NCBI GenBank assembly: GCA_951812315.1
Contig: CATOSA010000036.1
Coordinates: forward strand, 1,237-65,236
Origin: an uncultured Burkholderiales bacterium
GTDB taxonomy: Bacteria; Pseudomonadota; Gammaproteobacteria; Burkholderiales; Eutrophovitaceae
Reading direction: 5' to 3'
DNA: 64,000 nt
Each line of letters opens with the position of its first letter. Positions within the stretch are counted from its first letter, which is position 1. Of the stretch, positions 35,224 to 51,842 are shown one piece after another. A program made the position numbers and the translations under genes. The notes below the pieces were generated by a model. It made no database searches. It had not been told where the DNA came from and was given only the letters and a program-made list of their open reading frames with translations.

Positions 35224-35625
35224 ATGTTCGGAAACAAACCCACCAAACCGCAGAACCGCATTGACAGTCTGGTTGGCGCCGGCACTGTCGTAGAAGGTAA
35301 CATCGCGTTCTCTGGTGGGCTGCGGGTGGATGGACGTATTCGTGGAAACGTACTCACCGCGGATGACCAGCCAAGCACACTGGTAGTGAGCGAAAAGGCT
35401 CAGATTGAGGGCGAGATTCGCGTTTCGCACGCAGTTGTCAGCGGTACCGTCATTGGCCCTGTATTTGGCGCTGAATATGTCGAACTTCAGCCAAAATCCA
35501 ATGTCACAGGAGACGTACATTATCGTACACTGGAGATTCAACTGGGCGCCGTTGTGCAAGGCCGCCTGGTTCACGAAGATGAAGACAAAGCGAACAAAGT
35601 CGTACCGTTAGCCGCGTCCGAATGA
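35224..35625 (+). CDS. Bactofilin (polymer-forming cytoskeletal protein)
   Basis: IDSLVGAGTVVEGNIAFSGGLRVDG beta-helix repeats. Confidence 0.9.
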   Translation: MFGNKPTKPQNRIDSLVGAGTVVEGNIAFSGGLRVDGRIRGNVLTADDQPSTLVVSEKAQIEGEIRVSHAVVSGTVIGPVFGAEYVELQPKSNVTGDVHYRTLEIQLGAVVQGRLVHEDEDKANKVVPLAASE

Positions 35626-35705
35626 AGTGTACGTAGCAGGTGGACTGTACGTAACAAGGGTTTTATGTTTTTTGAGATTCAGCTGAATAGTTGGCAGGAG
35701 ATAGC

Positions 35706-36056
35706 ATGAATGCAGTAACAGAAATGCCCGCGCCGCTGGTTTTTAGTGACAGCGCTGCGCTGAAGGTCAAACAACTGATCGATGAAGAAGGAAACACCGA
35801 ACTGAAGCTCAGAGTTTTCGTCAGCGGTGGCGGCTGCTCGGGATTCCAGTACGGGTTTACGTTCGACGAAGAAATTAACGAAGATGACGCGAAGATGGAG
35901 AAAAATGGCGTTACATTGCTAATTGATGCCATGAGCTATCAGTACCTGGTCGGTGCCGAGATCGACTATCAGGAAGGCATCGAGGGCGCGCAGTTCGTGA
36001 TCAAGAATCCAAACGCAAGTTCAACATGCGGTTGTGGTTCTTCATTTTCTGCATGA
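35706..36056 (+). CDS. erpA: Fe-S cluster insertion protein
   Basis: [19 protein letters not shown]. Confidence 0.95.
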   Translation: MNAVTEMPAPLVFSDSAALKVKQLIDEEGNTELKLRVFVSGGGCSGFQYGFTFDEEINEDDAKMEKNGVTLLIDAMSYQYLVGAEIDYQEGIEGAQFVIKNPNASSTCGCGSSFSA

Positions 36057-36150
36057 AGAATACGGGTTGAAAATAACGGCCTCAAATATATTGCCTGACG
36101 AAATGCGACACATTAGCGCCGCATAAGGTTCGGACAATCTGCTATTTGCT

Positions 36151-36184
36151 AAAAACGGAAGTACGCAAGTGCTTCCGTTTTTTT
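36151..36184. terminator. Bidirectional intrinsic terminator
   Basis: AAAAACGGAAGTAC-GCAA-GTGCTTCCGTTTTTTT between convergent genes. Confidence 0.85.
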
Positions 36185-36274
36185 ATTGCTGACAGGCCGG
36201 GGAGATAGTTTTTCACGATGGATTCGCACGCGGTGCCTGGCGATCCGGAACCGCTTCGTGGTGCGAATACGTGT

Positions 36275-37612
36275 TCAGTCCAGCAATGCGAGATTGGTGT
36301 CGCCAAGCAAGTCGAGCCTCTTTAGCTTCACGGCGGCCACGCTCTGGAATTCGTCACGGAGATCCGGGGTGATCGGTGGTCCCGGCGGCAGCGCCAGTGT
36401 GGCCGGATTGCGGTGTACGCCGTTGGCGAGAAATTCGTAGTGCAGGTGCGGGCCAGTCGCGCGGCCAGTTCGGCCAACGTAACCGATCACCTGGCCTTGC
36501 GATACACGCTTGCCGCGCCTCGTACTTTTCGCGAATCGCGATAGATGGGCGTAGCGCGTCGAATATCCATTGGCATGGCGCAGCGTTACCAGTTTTCCAT
36601 AACTGCCTTTGCGGCCAGCAAATTTCACCCAGCCGTCGGCAGTTGCACGAACCGGCGTGCCAGTTCGCGCGCCGTAGTCGATGCCGCGATGCGCGACCCA
36701 TTTACGCAGTATTGGATGGAATCGGGAGTTGGTATAGCGCGACGTAATGCGCGAGAAAGCCAGTGGCGAGCGAAGGAACGCTTTGCGCACGTTCTTGCCA
36801 TCAGGTGTGTAATAGCCGCCGCGCCCCTTTTTGTTCTCAAAGTAGACCGCGCGATAGGTCTTTCCCCTGTTGGTAAACTCCGCAGTGACGACGCGGCCAA
36901 CGCCAACAAATTCTCCATGTGCGTAATTTGCCTCGTACACGACTGCAAAGCGGTCTCCGGTGCGCAGATCGCGGTTGAAATCGATATCGCTGGAAAAAAT
37001 GTCGGCGAGCTGAATTGCAATATTCTCATGCAGTCCTGCGGCATCAGTGGCGCCGAACAACGAGGTGGCAATTTCGCCCGAGCTCTGTGAGATGCGCGCC
37101 TCGACATCAGGAATCTTTTCTGTTGCCCGGAACCCTTCTGGAGTGCGTTCTACCAGCAGTCGTTTGCCATTGGTATTGAGATAGGTGAGCTGCTCGAGAC
37201 GACCCTCGCTTGTCGTGACGGCGCGGACACTACGTCCTGGTCGTAACTGATACAGGGATCGAACTCCGCGCGCCTGGGAAAGGTAACTCGTCGCTTCGGG
37301 ATCATCCACGCCAAGCCGAACAAGAATTGTCGAAACAATATCGCCACGCTGAATACGCTCTTCACGCCAGAACTTGTGGGTTTCTGATGCTTCGGTTTCA
37401 ACGACTTCTTGGGCTGAGTGAGACGGAAGCTGCAGTTCTTCGACAACGCGATGGACTTCCAGGCCTTCAGCAGTTGTGTCGTGAGAAATGCCGAAGGCCG
37501 CTACGACGCTGAAGAAAAACAGGACTGCGAAGAGAATTGGCCATACAAGACCAAGACGAGGCGGCTGCGCACTATGGTTTTGCGCTAGAATTTCTTCTTT
37601 GTTCAAAGACAT
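36275..37612 (-). CDS. M23 family peptidoglycan DD-metalloendopeptidase
   Basis: HRGIDY, YAHLS, TGPHLHYE; divergent from tyrS. Confidence 0.92.
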   Translation of the reverse strand: MSLNKEEILAQNHSAQPPRLGLVWPILFAVLFFFSVVAAFGISHDTTAEGLEVHRVVEELQLPSHSAQEVVETEASETHKFWREERIQRGDIVSTILVRLGVDDPEATSYLSQARGVRSLYQLRPGRSVRAVTTSEGRLEQLTYLNTNGKRLLVERTPEGFRATEKIPDVEARISQSSGEIATSLFGATDAAGLHENIAIQLADIFSSDIDFNRDLRTGDRFAVVYEANYAHGEFVGVGRVVTAEFTNRGKTYRAVYFENKKGRGGYYTPDGKNVRKAFLRSPLAFSRITSRYTNSRFHPILRKWVAHRGIDYGARTGTPVRATADGWVKFAGRKGSYGKLVTLRHANGYSTRYAHLSRFAKSTRRGKRVSQGQVIGYVGRTGRATGPHLHYEFLANGVHRNPATLALPPGPPITPDLRDEFQSVAAVKLKRLDLLGDTNLALLD

Positions 37613-37779
37613 GCGAGAGCTTTGAGCCCGTTTGCGCGGAGCTTATCAGAATCGCTGTTCATAGAAAACCGGTATTGCAAGAAGTGGGGCATGCATAGCT
37701 CACTGAAACCGTAGCTTGTGACCGAGCGCTACCGGTTACGAAGTAATACCACGCATGGAAGGTCCGGATCGGAAAAATA

Positions 37780-38976
37780 GTGGACGTCAAGGAACAACTG
37801 GAGGTAATCAGGCGCGGCGCTGACGAAGTGCTTGTCGAGCAAGAACTCGCCGACAAACTCAATTCGGGAAAGCCGCTAAGGGTGAAGGCTGGATTCGACC
37901 CTACCGCTCCCGATTTGCACATCGGCCACACGGTCCTGATCAACAAGCTCCGCCAGTTCCAGGAACTGGGGCATCAGGTCATTTTTTTGATCGGCGACTT
38001 CACCGGGATGATCGGTGATCCGACCGGCAAAAACGCTACGCGACCGGCGTTGACTCGCGACGACGTCGAACGCAATGCGGCCACATACCAGGAACAAGTA
38101 TTCAAGATTCTTGACAAAGACCAAACCGAGATTGCATTCAACTCTACCTGGATGAATAAGTTCACCTCGGCAGACATGGTGCGCTTGGCCGCGTCGTACA
38201 CCGTTGCCCGGATGCTTGAGCGCGATGATTTTGGCAAGCGATACAAGGCTGGGCAACCAATTGCGATTCACGAATTCCTCTATCCGTTGGTTCAGGGCTA
38301 CGACTCGGTGGCATTGAAGGCGGATGTCGAACTGGGCGGAACCGACCAGAAATTCAACCTGCTGGTTGGTCGCGAATTGCAACGCCACTATGGCATGTCC
38401 TCGCAATGCATTCTGACCATGCCGTTGCTCGAAGGGCTGGATGGCGTCAACAAGATGTCCAAATCGCTCAACAACTATGTCGGCATAACCGAGCCTCCTG
38501 GAGAGATTTTTGGAAAGCTCATGTCGATTTCGGACGATTTGATGTGGCGTTATATGGAATTGTTGTCCTTTGAACCTTTGGCGCGCATTCGCGGCTGGAA
38601 GGATGAGGTTGCTGCAGGACGCAACCCGCGCGACATCAAGGTTGTGTTCGCGCAGGAAATCGTTGCGCGTTTCCACGACAAGGCTGCGGCGGAGAAGGCA
38701 TTAAGCGACTTTGAGGCGCAGTTTCGGCAGGGTAAATTGCCAGAAGATATTCCTGACTTTGAGGTCGCGGCCGGAACAGAAGCGCCAGGTCTTGTTCAGG
38801 TATTGAAGCAGATCGGCCTTACCAGCAGTACATCGGAAGCGATGCGTATGATCGGGCAGGGTGGTATCAGGCTCGATGGCGAAAAAATAGCAGACAAGAA
38901 TCTCAAGCTTTCGAAGGGAAAGACGGTCATTTTGCAAGTTGGCAAGCGCAAATTTGCCCGCGTCAGCGTCAACTGA
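37780..38976 (+). CDS. tyrS: Tyrosyl-tRNA synthetase
   Basis: [19 protein letters not shown]-terminal S4 domain. Confidence 0.97.
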   Translation: MDVKEQLEVIRRGADEVLVEQELADKLNSGKPLRVKAGFDPTAPDLHIGHTVLINKLRQFQELGHQVIFLIGDFTGMIGDPTGKNATRPALTRDDVERNAATYQEQVFKILDKDQTEIAFNSTWMNKFTSADMVRLAASYTVARMLERDDFGKRYKAGQPIAIHEFLYPLVQGYDSVALKADVELGGTDQKFNLLVGRELQRHYGMSSQCILTMPLLEGLDGVNKMSKSLNNYVGITEPPGEIFGKLMSISDDLMWRYMELLSFEPLARIRGWKDEVAAGRNPRDIKVVFAQEIVARFHDKAAAEKALSDFEAQFRQGKLPEDIPDFEVAAGTEAPGLVQVLKQIGLTSSTSEAMRMIGQGGIRLDGEKIADKNLKLSKGKTVILQVGKRKFARVSVN

Positions 38977-39039
38977 GGCTGGTCGCAACACCATCAACTT
39001 CAAGTCTTTCAGTTTTCGTGGTTTTTCGATGAAAAACGC

Positions 39040-39103
39040 TTGACCGAATCGGTCCGGCACGTATAATCCGCCGTTCGCCCGAAAGGGCAATCGCTCTTTA
39101 AAA
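39040..39103 (+). promoter_or_regulatory. rRNA promoter and boxA
   Basis: TTGACC-16 bp-TATAAT, GC-rich discriminator, boxA-like CGCTCTTTAAAA. Confidence 0.85.
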
Positions 39104-39322
39104 AAATGGACAGCCAAAGCGTGTGGGTGCTTTGTGTTTTGTGCTGAAGGTCTGAGCCGGGGATTTGTTGGTTGTTTGTGGTTTGAATAGCTGATGAATG
39201 GTCCGGTCAAGGTATTAGGCATTAAATGTATTGCGCTCAAACGTAGAAGGATTCTTGATCAAGGAATCTTTTGAGTAAGAGCGGCACCGTGTTGTTGTAA
39301 AGACATGGTGCAAAGAAGGATT

Positions 39323-40866
<1,544 letters not shown>

Positions 40867-41010
40867 GAGAAAAGCGGACACAGGTACGGACATGAAGTAC
40901 CCACAACGCTTTGGCTGTCAGACATCAGGAATCGGGCATTGGGGGTTGAGGCATCAGGCAAGTACTTAAGTATCTGATGGCTCAACGCTTACACCTGGTT
41001 TCTGAGAAGC

Positions 41011-41087
<77 letters not shown>

Positions 41088-41095
41088 ACGATGAC

Positions 41096-41171
41096 GGGGC
41101 TATAGCTCAGCTGGGAGAGCGCCTGCTTTGCAAGCAGGAGGTCACCGGTTCGAACCCGGTTAGCTCCACCA
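41096..41171 (+). tRNA. tRNA-Ala(TGC)
   Basis: GGGGCTA acceptor stem, loop TTTGCAA, CCA end. Confidence 0.97.
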
Positions 41172-41462
41172 GTCACAGGAATCAGGTATCAGGGATCGGG
41201 CCTCAGTGAGTGCACTGGGAGTCGATTTCTGATACCTGAAGCTTATTGAGCGTCAGGGCTGTTCTTTAACAATACGGAAGAAGTTGATCTGAGAAGCTGC
41301 CATCAAGGAATGTGGGGCAGTGGACAGATCATGGGTTTAAAGATTGCATTGTTGTGCTTTGGGTCTGGCCGTTGGCTGGGTCTGAAGTGTAATGAAACAA
41401 GGCAAGCGCGTGAGGTCCTGTGGTGTTGTGTACTGAGCAGTAGAAGGTGCGCAAGGCTATAG

Positions 41463-44623
<3,161 letters not shown>

Positions 44624-44726
44624 TATAGCCTTGTGAATCTGAACGAGGCTATAGCGGGCTTGCCTGATGTAATCGAATAACCCAAAAGACTTCTTCCGGC
44701 CAGGCATTAAGCCTGGTGAACAGTTT

Positions 44727-44843
44727 TGCCTGGTGGCAATAGCGAGGTGGTCCCACGCCTTCCCATCCCGAACAGGACCGTGAAACGCTTCAGCGCCGAT
44801 GATAGTGCGAGGTATACCGTGCGAAAGTAGGACACTGCCAGGC
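44727..44843 (+). rRNA. rrf: 5S rRNA
   Basis: TGCCTGGTGGC ... CCCATCCCGAAC ... CTGCCAGGC. Confidence 0.96.
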
Positions 44844-44851
44844 TCCCAAAC

Positions 44852-44888
44852 AAAAACCCCCTATCGGTTTATCCGGTAGGGGGTTTTT
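44852..44888 (+). terminator. rrn operon terminator
   Basis: AAAAACCCCCTATCGG-TTTAT-CCGGTAGGGGGTTTTT. Confidence 0.88.
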
Positions 44889-44899
44889 ATTTGGACGTT

Positions 44900-45385
44900 T
44901 AGAAGTGGACCCCGAAACTTGGACACCCGCTTAAGTGAAATCTCCATGGGGTTCAGGCCGCGCTCTTCAACGCCGTTTGTTCGAAGTACACCGCATCGGG
45001 GGTACGCCGGTCAAGCCCAGTGTGAGGACGCCGGGTATTGTAAAAACGAAAGTATTTGTCCAGTCCGGCGCGTAATGCCGCCGGCGTTTCATACGCGCGC
45101 AGATACACGTCTTCGTACTTCACACTGCGCCACAACCGTTCGACGAACACGTTGTCGATCCAGCGAGCCTTGCCGTCCATGCTGATCGTCACTTCGTGCT
45201 CCTTGAGAACGCGGGTGAACGCATCGGCCGTGAACTGCGTGCCCTGATCGGTGTTGAATATCTCGGGTGTACCGTAGCGAGGTAATGCCTCTTCGAGCGC
45301 CTCGACGCAAAAGTCGCTGTCCATCGTGTTCGACGCCCGCCACGAAAGCACCTTGCGCGTATGCCAGTGCATAATCGCCACGAGC
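44900..45385 (-). mobile_element. IS3-family remnant (right end plus C-terminal OrfB)
   Basis: IFNTDQGTQF, DNVFVERLWRSVKYE, YNTRRPH; end TAGAAGTGGACCCC...TTGGACA; OrfA and first catalytic Asp missing. Confidence 0.85.
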
Positions 45386-45540
45386 TGTCATGAGCACGCA
45401 CCGCGAATTCCAAAAACTCCTTTATTGACTTCAATTTAGCGGAGGTATTTGATAGAATCCGCACCCAGAAAAGAGGTACCGGGCTTTGTGCCCGTTTTTT
45501 CGATGGGCAGAGCGCCCATTTTTTATTTGTAGCGTTGATA

Positions 45541-45969
45541 ATGGATCTTCTGGAGTTACTTGATCGAACGCTTCCCGGACTCGGATACGGGCTCGTGGAT
45601 ATTGAGCGTTCCAATCATGGCAAGTTGTTGCGCGTGTTTATCGACAAGCCGGAGGGCGTTACGGTCGATGACTGTGCCTTGGTAAGTAATCATCTGATCC
45701 GGTTTTTTCAGGTGGAAGGCATCGATTACGACCGGCTCGAGGTGTCCTCGCCAGGTCTGGATCGGCCGTTGCGAAAGTTGAAGGATTTCCAGCGTTTCGT
45801 TGGCGAGAAAGCTACGGTACGCATGAACATGGCCCTGAATGGGCAGAGGAACTTCGTCGGCATTCTGCGTGATGCTGACGAGGAGAAATTGAAAATAGAG
45901 ATCGACGGGGCACTGGTGTCGCTGGATATGGCAGACATCAGGAAGGCCCGTCTGATACCGGAAATTTAA
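45541..45969 (+). CDS. rimP: Ribosome maturation factor
   Basis: [19 protein letters not shown]. Confidence 0.95.
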   Translation: MDLLELLDRTLPGLGYGLVDIERSNHGKLLRVFIDKPEGVTVDDCALVSNHLIRFFQVEGIDYDRLEVSSPGLDRPLRKLKDFQRFVGEKATVRMNMALNGQRNFVGILRDADEEKLKIEIDGALVSLDMADIRKARLIPEI

Positions 45970-45983
45970 CTGGAGAGAAGCAG

Positions 45984-47462
45984 ATGCGCAGCGAGATGTT
46001 GATGTTGGTAGACGCGCTTGCGCGAGAGAAGAATGTCGCCAAGGACATTGTGTTTGAATCTCTCGAGCTTGCGCTGGCTTCGGCCACCAAGAAGCGCTTC
46101 AATGAAGACGCGGATGCGCGCGTGCATATCGACCGTGAAACCGGAGATTATGAAAGTTTTCGCAGGTGGCAGGTCGTGCTGGATGAGGAGATCGAAGAAC
46201 CAGCAAGGCAATTGACACTTGAACAGGCACGAGAGCGGGATCCGGAGATCGAGCTTGAGGGGTATATCGAAGAACCGCTCGAGCCGATTGAGTTCGGTCG
46301 CATCGGGGCGCAGGCTGCCAAGCAGGTTATTCTGCAGAAGATTCGCGATGCTGAGCGAGAGCAGATTCTGAATGATTTTCTCGAGCGCGAGGAATTCATT
46401 GTCACCGGCAGCATCAAGCGTATGGAGCGTGGAAACGCGATCATCGAGTCGGGTCGAATCGAGGCAATCCTGCTACGTGATCAGATGATTCCCAAGGAAA
46501 ACCTCAGAGTCGGCGATCGGGTCCGCGCCTACCTGCTGAAAGTGGACCGTGCTGCACGCGGCCAGCAGCTGATATTGTCGCGGACAGTTCCGGAGTTTCT
46601 TGCCAAGTTGTTCGAACTCGAGGTGCCCGAAATCGAAGAAGGCCTGCTTGAGATCAAGGCCGCCGCGCGAGATCCGGGTTCGCGGGCGAAGATCGCAGTC
46701 CAGTCCAATGACCAGCGCATCGACCCTATAGGCACGTGCGTCGGGATGCGTGGTTCTCGTGTCCAGGCGGTAACGTCCGAGCTGGCGGGGGAAAGAGTGG
46801 ATATCATCCTTTGGTCACCTGAATCGGCGCAATTTGTAATCAATGCGCTGGCGCCTGCAGAAGTGAGTCGAATCACTGTAGACGAGGAAAAGCACAGCAT
46901 GGATATCGTCGTCGATGAAGAGAATCTGGCACAGACCATTGGCAGGGACGGGCAGAATGTTCGTCTGGCCAGTGAACTGACTGGCTGGGAGCTCAACATC
47001 ATGACGGAGGATGAGTCGAAACAGAAAAGTGATGAAGAGTTTTCGGTGGTTCGTTCCCTGTTCATGGAAAAGCTCGACGTTGACGAGGAACTGGCAGATG
47101 TTCTGATTCAGGAAGGTTTCAGCACGCTCGAAGAAATTGCCTACATTCCGATAAACGAAATGCAGGAAATTGAAGCATTCGACGAAGCGACCATTGAGGA
47201 GCTACGCAGCCGCGCAAGAAATTCGCTGCTGGTGCTTGCAATTGCCAGTGAGGAGCAGGTCGAAAACGTGGCGAGCGATCTTCTTAATCTTGAGGGCATG
47301 GACGGCGAGACGGCTCGACTGCTCGCTGCAAAAGGCATAACGACGCAGGAAGATCTGGCCGATCTGGCAGCGGATGATCTTGTCGAACTCGTCGAAATGG
47401 ATGTAGAGCGGGCTAAGGAACTGATCATGACCGCACGCGCACCGTGGTTCGCGGAAAACTAA
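45984..47462 (+). CDS. nusA: Transcription termination factor NusA
   Basis: [30 protein letters not shown]. Confidence 0.97.
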   Translation: MRSEMLMLVDALAREKNVAKDIVFESLELALASATKKRFNEDADARVHIDRETGDYESFRRWQVVLDEEIEEPARQLTLEQARERDPEIELEGYIEEPLEPIEFGRIGAQAAKQVILQKIRDAEREQILNDFLEREEFIVTGSIKRMERGNAIIESGRIEAILLRDQMIPKENLRVGDRVRAYLLKVDRAARGQQLILSRTVPEFLAKLFELEVPEIEEGLLEIKAAARDPGSRAKIAVQSNDQRIDPIGTCVGMRGSRVQAVTSELAGERVDIILWSPESAQFVINALAPAEVSRITVDEEKHSMDIVVDEENLAQTIGRDGQNVRLASELTGWELNIMTEDESKQKSDEEFSVVRSLFMEKLDVDEELADVLIQEGFSTLEEIAYIPINEMQEIEAFDEATIEELRSRARNSLLVLAIASEEQVENVASDLLNLEGMDGETARLLAAKGITTQEDLADLAADDLVELVEMDVERAKELIMTARAPWFAEN

Positions 47463-47479
47463 GGAGCAGGAATCGCTAA

Positions 47480-50032
47480 ATGGCAAAGGTAAACGTAGCG
47501 CAGTTCGCCACCGAGCTGAAACTTTCAGCCGATAAGCTGGTGGAGCAACTCAAGGCAGCCGGCGTCAAAAAGGCGTTGACGGAAGAAACTGCTCTGACAG
47601 AAGGCGACAAGACCAAGCTTCTGGATTATTTGCGCAATGCGCATGGCGCCAAAGACGGCAAAAGCAAAATTACGCTGACGCGGCGGCAAACGTCAGAAAT
47701 TCGCAAATCCGATGGCAGCGGCAAGGCGCGAACGATTCAGGTGGAAGTTCGCAAGAAGCGCGTACTCGTAAAGCGAGAACCAGCCGCAGATAAAGAGAAG
47801 AAGCCTGCGGCCCCTGCAGCGCAACCGGCACTGACAGCCAAGCAGGAAGAGGAGCGTGTAGAGGAAGCACGCAAGCAAGCCGAATTGATTGCCCGTCAGG
47901 CGTCGGAAGTCGCGGCGAAGAAAGTCAAGCGCAGCCAGAAAGCTGCGGAAAAAGCTGAAGCCGAGGTAAAGGCGGAGGCCGAGGCCAAGGAAAAGGCGGC
48001 AGCCAAGGAACAAAAGCCCGCAGAGAAGGCCGCTGATACTGTAGCCAAGAAGAAAGGTACCGAGGGTACTTTGCGCAAGCCGGCGGCGAAGCCTGGCGCG
48101 AAGAAGCCACCCAAGCGTGCGCCTGCACCGTGGAAAGAAGACCAGGGACGTCGCTGGACGATCAAGACGCGTGGTGCGGTGTCTGCAGGCGGGGACGGAT
48201 GGCATACGCGCAGTCGTCACCACAAGCACAAGAATGAGCATGCCGCGCAGGAGCAGGCAACACCGGTTGAGCCTATTGTCCGGGAAGTGTTGATTGCCGA
48301 AACCATTACGGTTGCAGATCTGGCGCACAAAATGTCTGTCAAGGCAGCCGAAGTCATCAAGGCATTGATGAAACTCGGTCAGATGGTGACGATCAATCAG
48401 GTGCTCGATCAGGAGACGGCGATGATCGTCGTTGACGAAATGGGGCATGTAGGAAAGAAGGCGAAGACAGTCGACCCCGAGTCTTTCCTGGAAGAAGAAG
48501 CAGGCCGCGAGGACATTCCTCTCGAGCCTCGTGCGCCGGTGGTAACCGTAATGGGGCATGTTGACCACGGAAAAACGTCGTTGCTGGATCATATTCGCCG
48601 CACCAGGGTTGCCAGCGGCGAGGCGGGCGGTATTACCCAGCATATCGGTGCTTATCACGTGGATACGCCGAAAGGCATGGTTACCTTCCTTGACACGCCC
48701 GGCCATGAAGCGTTTACAGCCATGCGTGCGCGCGGTGCAAAAGTCACCGATCTGGTCGTGCTGGTTGTTGCCGCTGATGACGGTGTCATGCCACAAACCA
48801 TTGAGGCCGTGCATCATGCGAAAGCAGGGGATACACCGATTGTTGTCGCGGTAAACAAGATTGACAAGACCGAGGCCAACCCGGAGCGCATCAAGCAGGA
48901 ACTCTCGCAGCAACAGGTAATCCCTGAAGACTGGGGCGGTGACACCATGTTCATGGAAGTCTCCGCAAAGACCGGTAAAGGGATTGATGCATTGCTTGAC
49001 GCTGTGCTGCTGCAGGCAGAGGTACTGGACCTGAAAGCGCCAAAAGGTGCGCTCGCGCGCGGCGTGGTCATCGAGTCGCGCCTTGACAAGGGACGTGGCC
49101 CGGTCGCGACGGTGCTGGTACAGGTGGGCACGCTCAAACGGGGCGACATTGTGCTAGCCGGTGCCGTCTTTGGCCGCGTACGTGCGATGCTGGATGAAGG
49201 TGGGCAGCAGATCCAGTCATCCGGGCCGTCAATTCCAGTCGAGATTCAGGGCCTTTCTGATGTGCCGGCCGCGGGCGAGGAAGTCATCGTGCTGGGTGAC
49301 GAGCGCAAGGCGCGTGAAATTGCGCTGTCCCGTCAGGGCAAATTCCGCGAGGTCAAGCTTGCCAAACAGCAAGCTGCCAAACTGGACAATATGTTCGACC
49401 AGATGAAGGCAGGCGAGACCAAGACGCTCTCGTTGATCGTCAAGGCGGACGTTCAAGGTTCATACGAGGCCCTTGCCCACGCGCTGACACAGTTGTCTAC
49501 CGACGAGGTGCGCGTAAACATCGTTCACTCGGGAGTCGGCGGAATTACCGAATCTGACGTCAATCTTGCACTTGCGTCCAATGCTGTTCTTATTGGATTT
49601 AATACCCGCGCTGATGCGACTGCGCGCAAACTCATTGCTGCACACGGCATTGATGTGCGCTACTACAATGTCATTTATAACGCGGTCGATGAAGTGAAGT
49701 CGGCTCTGGGCGGACTGCTCGCGCCAGAGAAGAAGGAAACCGTGCTCGGCATCGTCGAAGTGCGACAGGTATTCCGCATCTCCAAGGTCGGCACTGTCGC
49801 TGGATGCTATGTGCTTGAAGGCGCTGTCAAACGTGGTGCTGCGGTGCGGCTACTGCGGGACAATGTTGTTGTCTTCGACGGCGAACTCGACTCACTGAAA
49901 CGCTTCAAGGAAGACGTACGTGAAGTCAAAGCCGGTTTCGAATGCGGCCTTTCGATCAAGAATTTCGCCGATGTCAAAGAGGGGGATCAACTCGAGGTCT
50001 ACGAAGTTGTCGAGGTAGCTCGCTCGCTCTGA
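47480..50032 (+). CDS. infB: Translation initiation factor IF-2
   Basis: [17 protein letters not shown]. Confidence 0.98.
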   Translation: MAKVNVAQFATELKLSADKLVEQLKAAGVKKALTEETALTEGDKTKLLDYLRNAHGAKDGKSKITLTRRQTSEIRKSDGSGKARTIQVEVRKKRVLVKREPAADKEKKPAAPAAQPALTAKQEEERVEEARKQAELIARQASEVAAKKVKRSQKAAEKAEAEVKAEAEAKEKAAAKEQKPAEKAADTVAKKKGTEGTLRKPAAKPGAKKPPKRAPAPWKEDQGRRWTIKTRGAVSAGGDGWHTRSRHHKHKNEHAAQEQATPVEPIVREVLIAETITVADLAHKMSVKAAEVIKALMKLGQMVTINQVLDQETAMIVVDEMGHVGKKAKTVDPESFLEEEAGREDIPLEPRAPVVTVMGHVDHGKTSLLDHIRRTRVASGEAGGITQHIGAYHVDTPKGMVTFLDTPGHEAFTAMRARGAKVTDLVVLVVAADDGVMPQTIEAVHHAKAGDTPIVVAVNKIDKTEANPERIKQELSQQQVIPEDWGGDTMFMEVSAKTGKGIDALLDAVLLQAEVLDLKAPKGALARGVVIESRLDKGRGPVATVLVQVGTLKRGDIVLAGAVFGRVRAMLDEGGQQIQSSGPSIPVEIQGLSDVPAAGEEVIVLGDERKAREIALSRQGKFREVKLAKQQAAKLDNMFDQMKAGETKTLSLIVKADVQGSYEALAHALTQLSTDEVRVNIVHSGVGGITESDVNLALASNAVLIGFNTRADATARKLIAAHGIDVRYYNVIYNAVDEVKSALGGLLAPEKKETVLGIVEVRQVFRISKVGTVAGCYVLEGAVKRGAAVRLLRDNVVVFDGELDSLKRFKEDVREVKAGFECGLSIKNFADVKEGDQLEVYEVVEVARSL

Positions 50033-50067
50033 CGATGTCCCGATTCTGATAGCAGAGACGAATTTAG

Positions 50068-50433
50068 TTGCCGAAGAATGCGTCACGGGCGGGACGACTT
50101 GCGGACCAGATTCAGCGAGAACTCGCCGAGCTGATCAGTAATGAATTGAAAGACCCGCGGGTCCAACTTGTTACGATCACCAGTGTCGAGGTCAGCGCCG
50201 ATTATCACCAGGCGCAGGTGTTTGTCACTACATTGATGGGCGACGGCGCGATCGATTCGGCACTCGAAGGTTTGCAACGGGCCTCAGGATTTTTACGTTC
50301 TCGTCTTGCCGACTCATTGCGAACACGAACCGTTCCCGAACTACATTTTGTCTATGACGAATCAGTCGAACGCGGAACGCGGCTGTCGCGCCTGATTGAA
50401 GAGGCCGTGGGAAAACCCCGCGACGACACCTGA
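50068..50433 (+). CDS. rbfA: 30S ribosome-binding factor
   Basis: LKDPRV, VPELHFVYD. Confidence 0.95.
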   Translation: MPKNASRAGRLADQIQRELAELISNELKDPRVQLVTITSVEVSADYHQAQVFVTTLMGDGAIDSALEGLQRASGFLRSRLADSLRTRTVPELHFVYDESVERGTRLSRLIEEAVGKPRDDT

Positions 50434-50439
50434 GCTCTG

Positions 50440-51366
50440 GTGACATCCGGAAACGCACCGCAAGAGGGTTCGGCCAGAGCAACCGGAATAGATGGTGTTC
50501 TTCTGCTCGATAAACCCTCCGGAATCACATCGAACATCGCATTACAGAGAATACGCCGATTGTATGGCCGGGCCAAAGCGGGGCACACTGGAACCCTGGA
50601 CCCGCTGGCGACCGGGCTTTTGCCGATCTGCCTTGGTGAAGCGACCAAGTTCTCTCATCCTATCCTGACGTTCGATAAAACCTACGCCGCGAGCATGCGA
50701 CTGGGCTTGCGCAGTAGCACAGGCGATGCCGAAGGCGTCATTTCAAAAACTGCTGACCCGAGTTTCAGCGATGACGAACTAACTGCAGCAATCGCCGCGT
50801 TAACGGGGGAAATCGAGCAGTTGCCGCCGATGTACAGCGCGGTCAAAGTCAATGGCGAACGTCTCTACAAGCTCGCCAGAAAGGGTGTCGTAGCCGAACG
50901 CAAATCACGTCGTGTTCATATCCGGCATCTTGAGGTGACGCACAGGTCAGATTCGGATCTGAGCATTTCCGTGACATGCAGTAAAGGCACCTATATCAGG
51001 ACGCTCGCCGAGGATCTTGGGGATCGACTGGGATGCGGCGCCTATCTGACTGCATTGCGCCGAACTGCGATCGGTTCCTTGCGGTTGTCGGATGCGCTGG
51101 GACTGGATGAACTCGAGGATCTGCCAGTTGCAGATCGAATCGCCCGGCTCAAACCGGTTGACCTGCTGCTGAATGTATTGCCAAGACTCAGCCTTGGCGA
51201 TGCGGATGCGAAGCGATTGTGCAACGGGTTGGTTCTGACGGATGTGGCAGGTTCTCCAGCGGCCGAGATCAGGGTTTATTCTGCCGATGGGCGTTTCCTG
51301 GGTCTGGGAGAAGTAGATGAAGATCTAAGCCTCAGGCCCAAGAGACTGCTTTCGCAGGCTTTTTGA
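50440..51366 (+). CDS. truB: tRNA pseudouridine(55) synthase
   Basis: GHTGTLDPLATG, CSKGTYIR. Confidence 0.96.
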   Translation: MTSGNAPQEGSARATGIDGVLLLDKPSGITSNIALQRIRRLYGRAKAGHTGTLDPLATGLLPICLGEATKFSHPILTFDKTYAASMRLGLRSSTGDAEGVISKTADPSFSDDELTAAIAALTGEIEQLPPMYSAVKVNGERLYKLARKGVVAERKSRRVHIRHLEVTHRSDSDLSISVTCSKGTYIRTLAEDLGDRLGCGAYLTALRRTAIGSLRLSDALGLDELEDLPVADRIARLKPVDLLLNVLPRLSLGDADAKRLCNGLVLTDVAGSPAAEIRVYSADGRFLGLGEVDEDLSLRPKRLLSQAF

Positions 51367-51390
51367 GTGGCCGTAAGTACAGAAAATGGC

Positions 51391-51419
51391 TTGGAAAAGC
51401 GCTAACCCGCGGTTATAAT
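51391..51419 (+). promoter_or_regulatory. Sigma70 promoter of rpsO-pnp
   Basis: TTGGAA-17 bp-TATAAT, GC-rich discriminator. Confidence 0.7.
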
Positions 51420-51448
51420 CGCCGCCTTTCTTGTGGAGACTAAATGTA

Positions 51449-51718
51449 ATGGCGATGACGACGGCCAAAAAGGCCCAATTGGTGAGCGACTATCAGAGGG
51501 GAAAGAGTGATACCGGATCTCCTGAAGTGCAGGTCGCACTGCTGACGGCGCACATCAATGACCTCACTGGACATTTCAAGTCTCACGTCAAGGATCATCA
51601 CTCCCGCCGGGGCCTGCTGAGGATGGTAAGCCAGCGTCGAAAACTGCTGGATTACCTGCGCAAATCAGACGTTGACCGCTATCGCCAGGTCATCGAACGC
51701 CTCGGGCTGCGCAAATAA
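51449..51718 (+). CDS. rpsO: 30S ribosomal protein S15
   Basis: [21 protein letters not shown]. Confidence 0.98.
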   Translation: MAMTTAKKAQLVSDYQRGKSDTGSPEVQVALLTAHINDLTGHFKSHVKDHHSRRGLLRMVSQRRKLLDYLRKSDVDRYRQVIERLGLRK

Positions 51719-51842
51719 CAGGGCCGTGTCCCTTCGAGTAGCGAAATACCCAATTTCCCTACTATTCATCTTGGCCGACTTTCGGCCGGTCGCTTGGCGC
51801 GGATAACGTTTCCGCGCCACTTTTACTTTTGAGGGCAGTATT

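Noticed and set aside
35628-35690. TGTACGTA direct repeat and ATTCAGCTGAAT palindrome upstream of erpA as an IscR site
   Set aside because: Does not match the IscR consensus I know and is too short to support alone.
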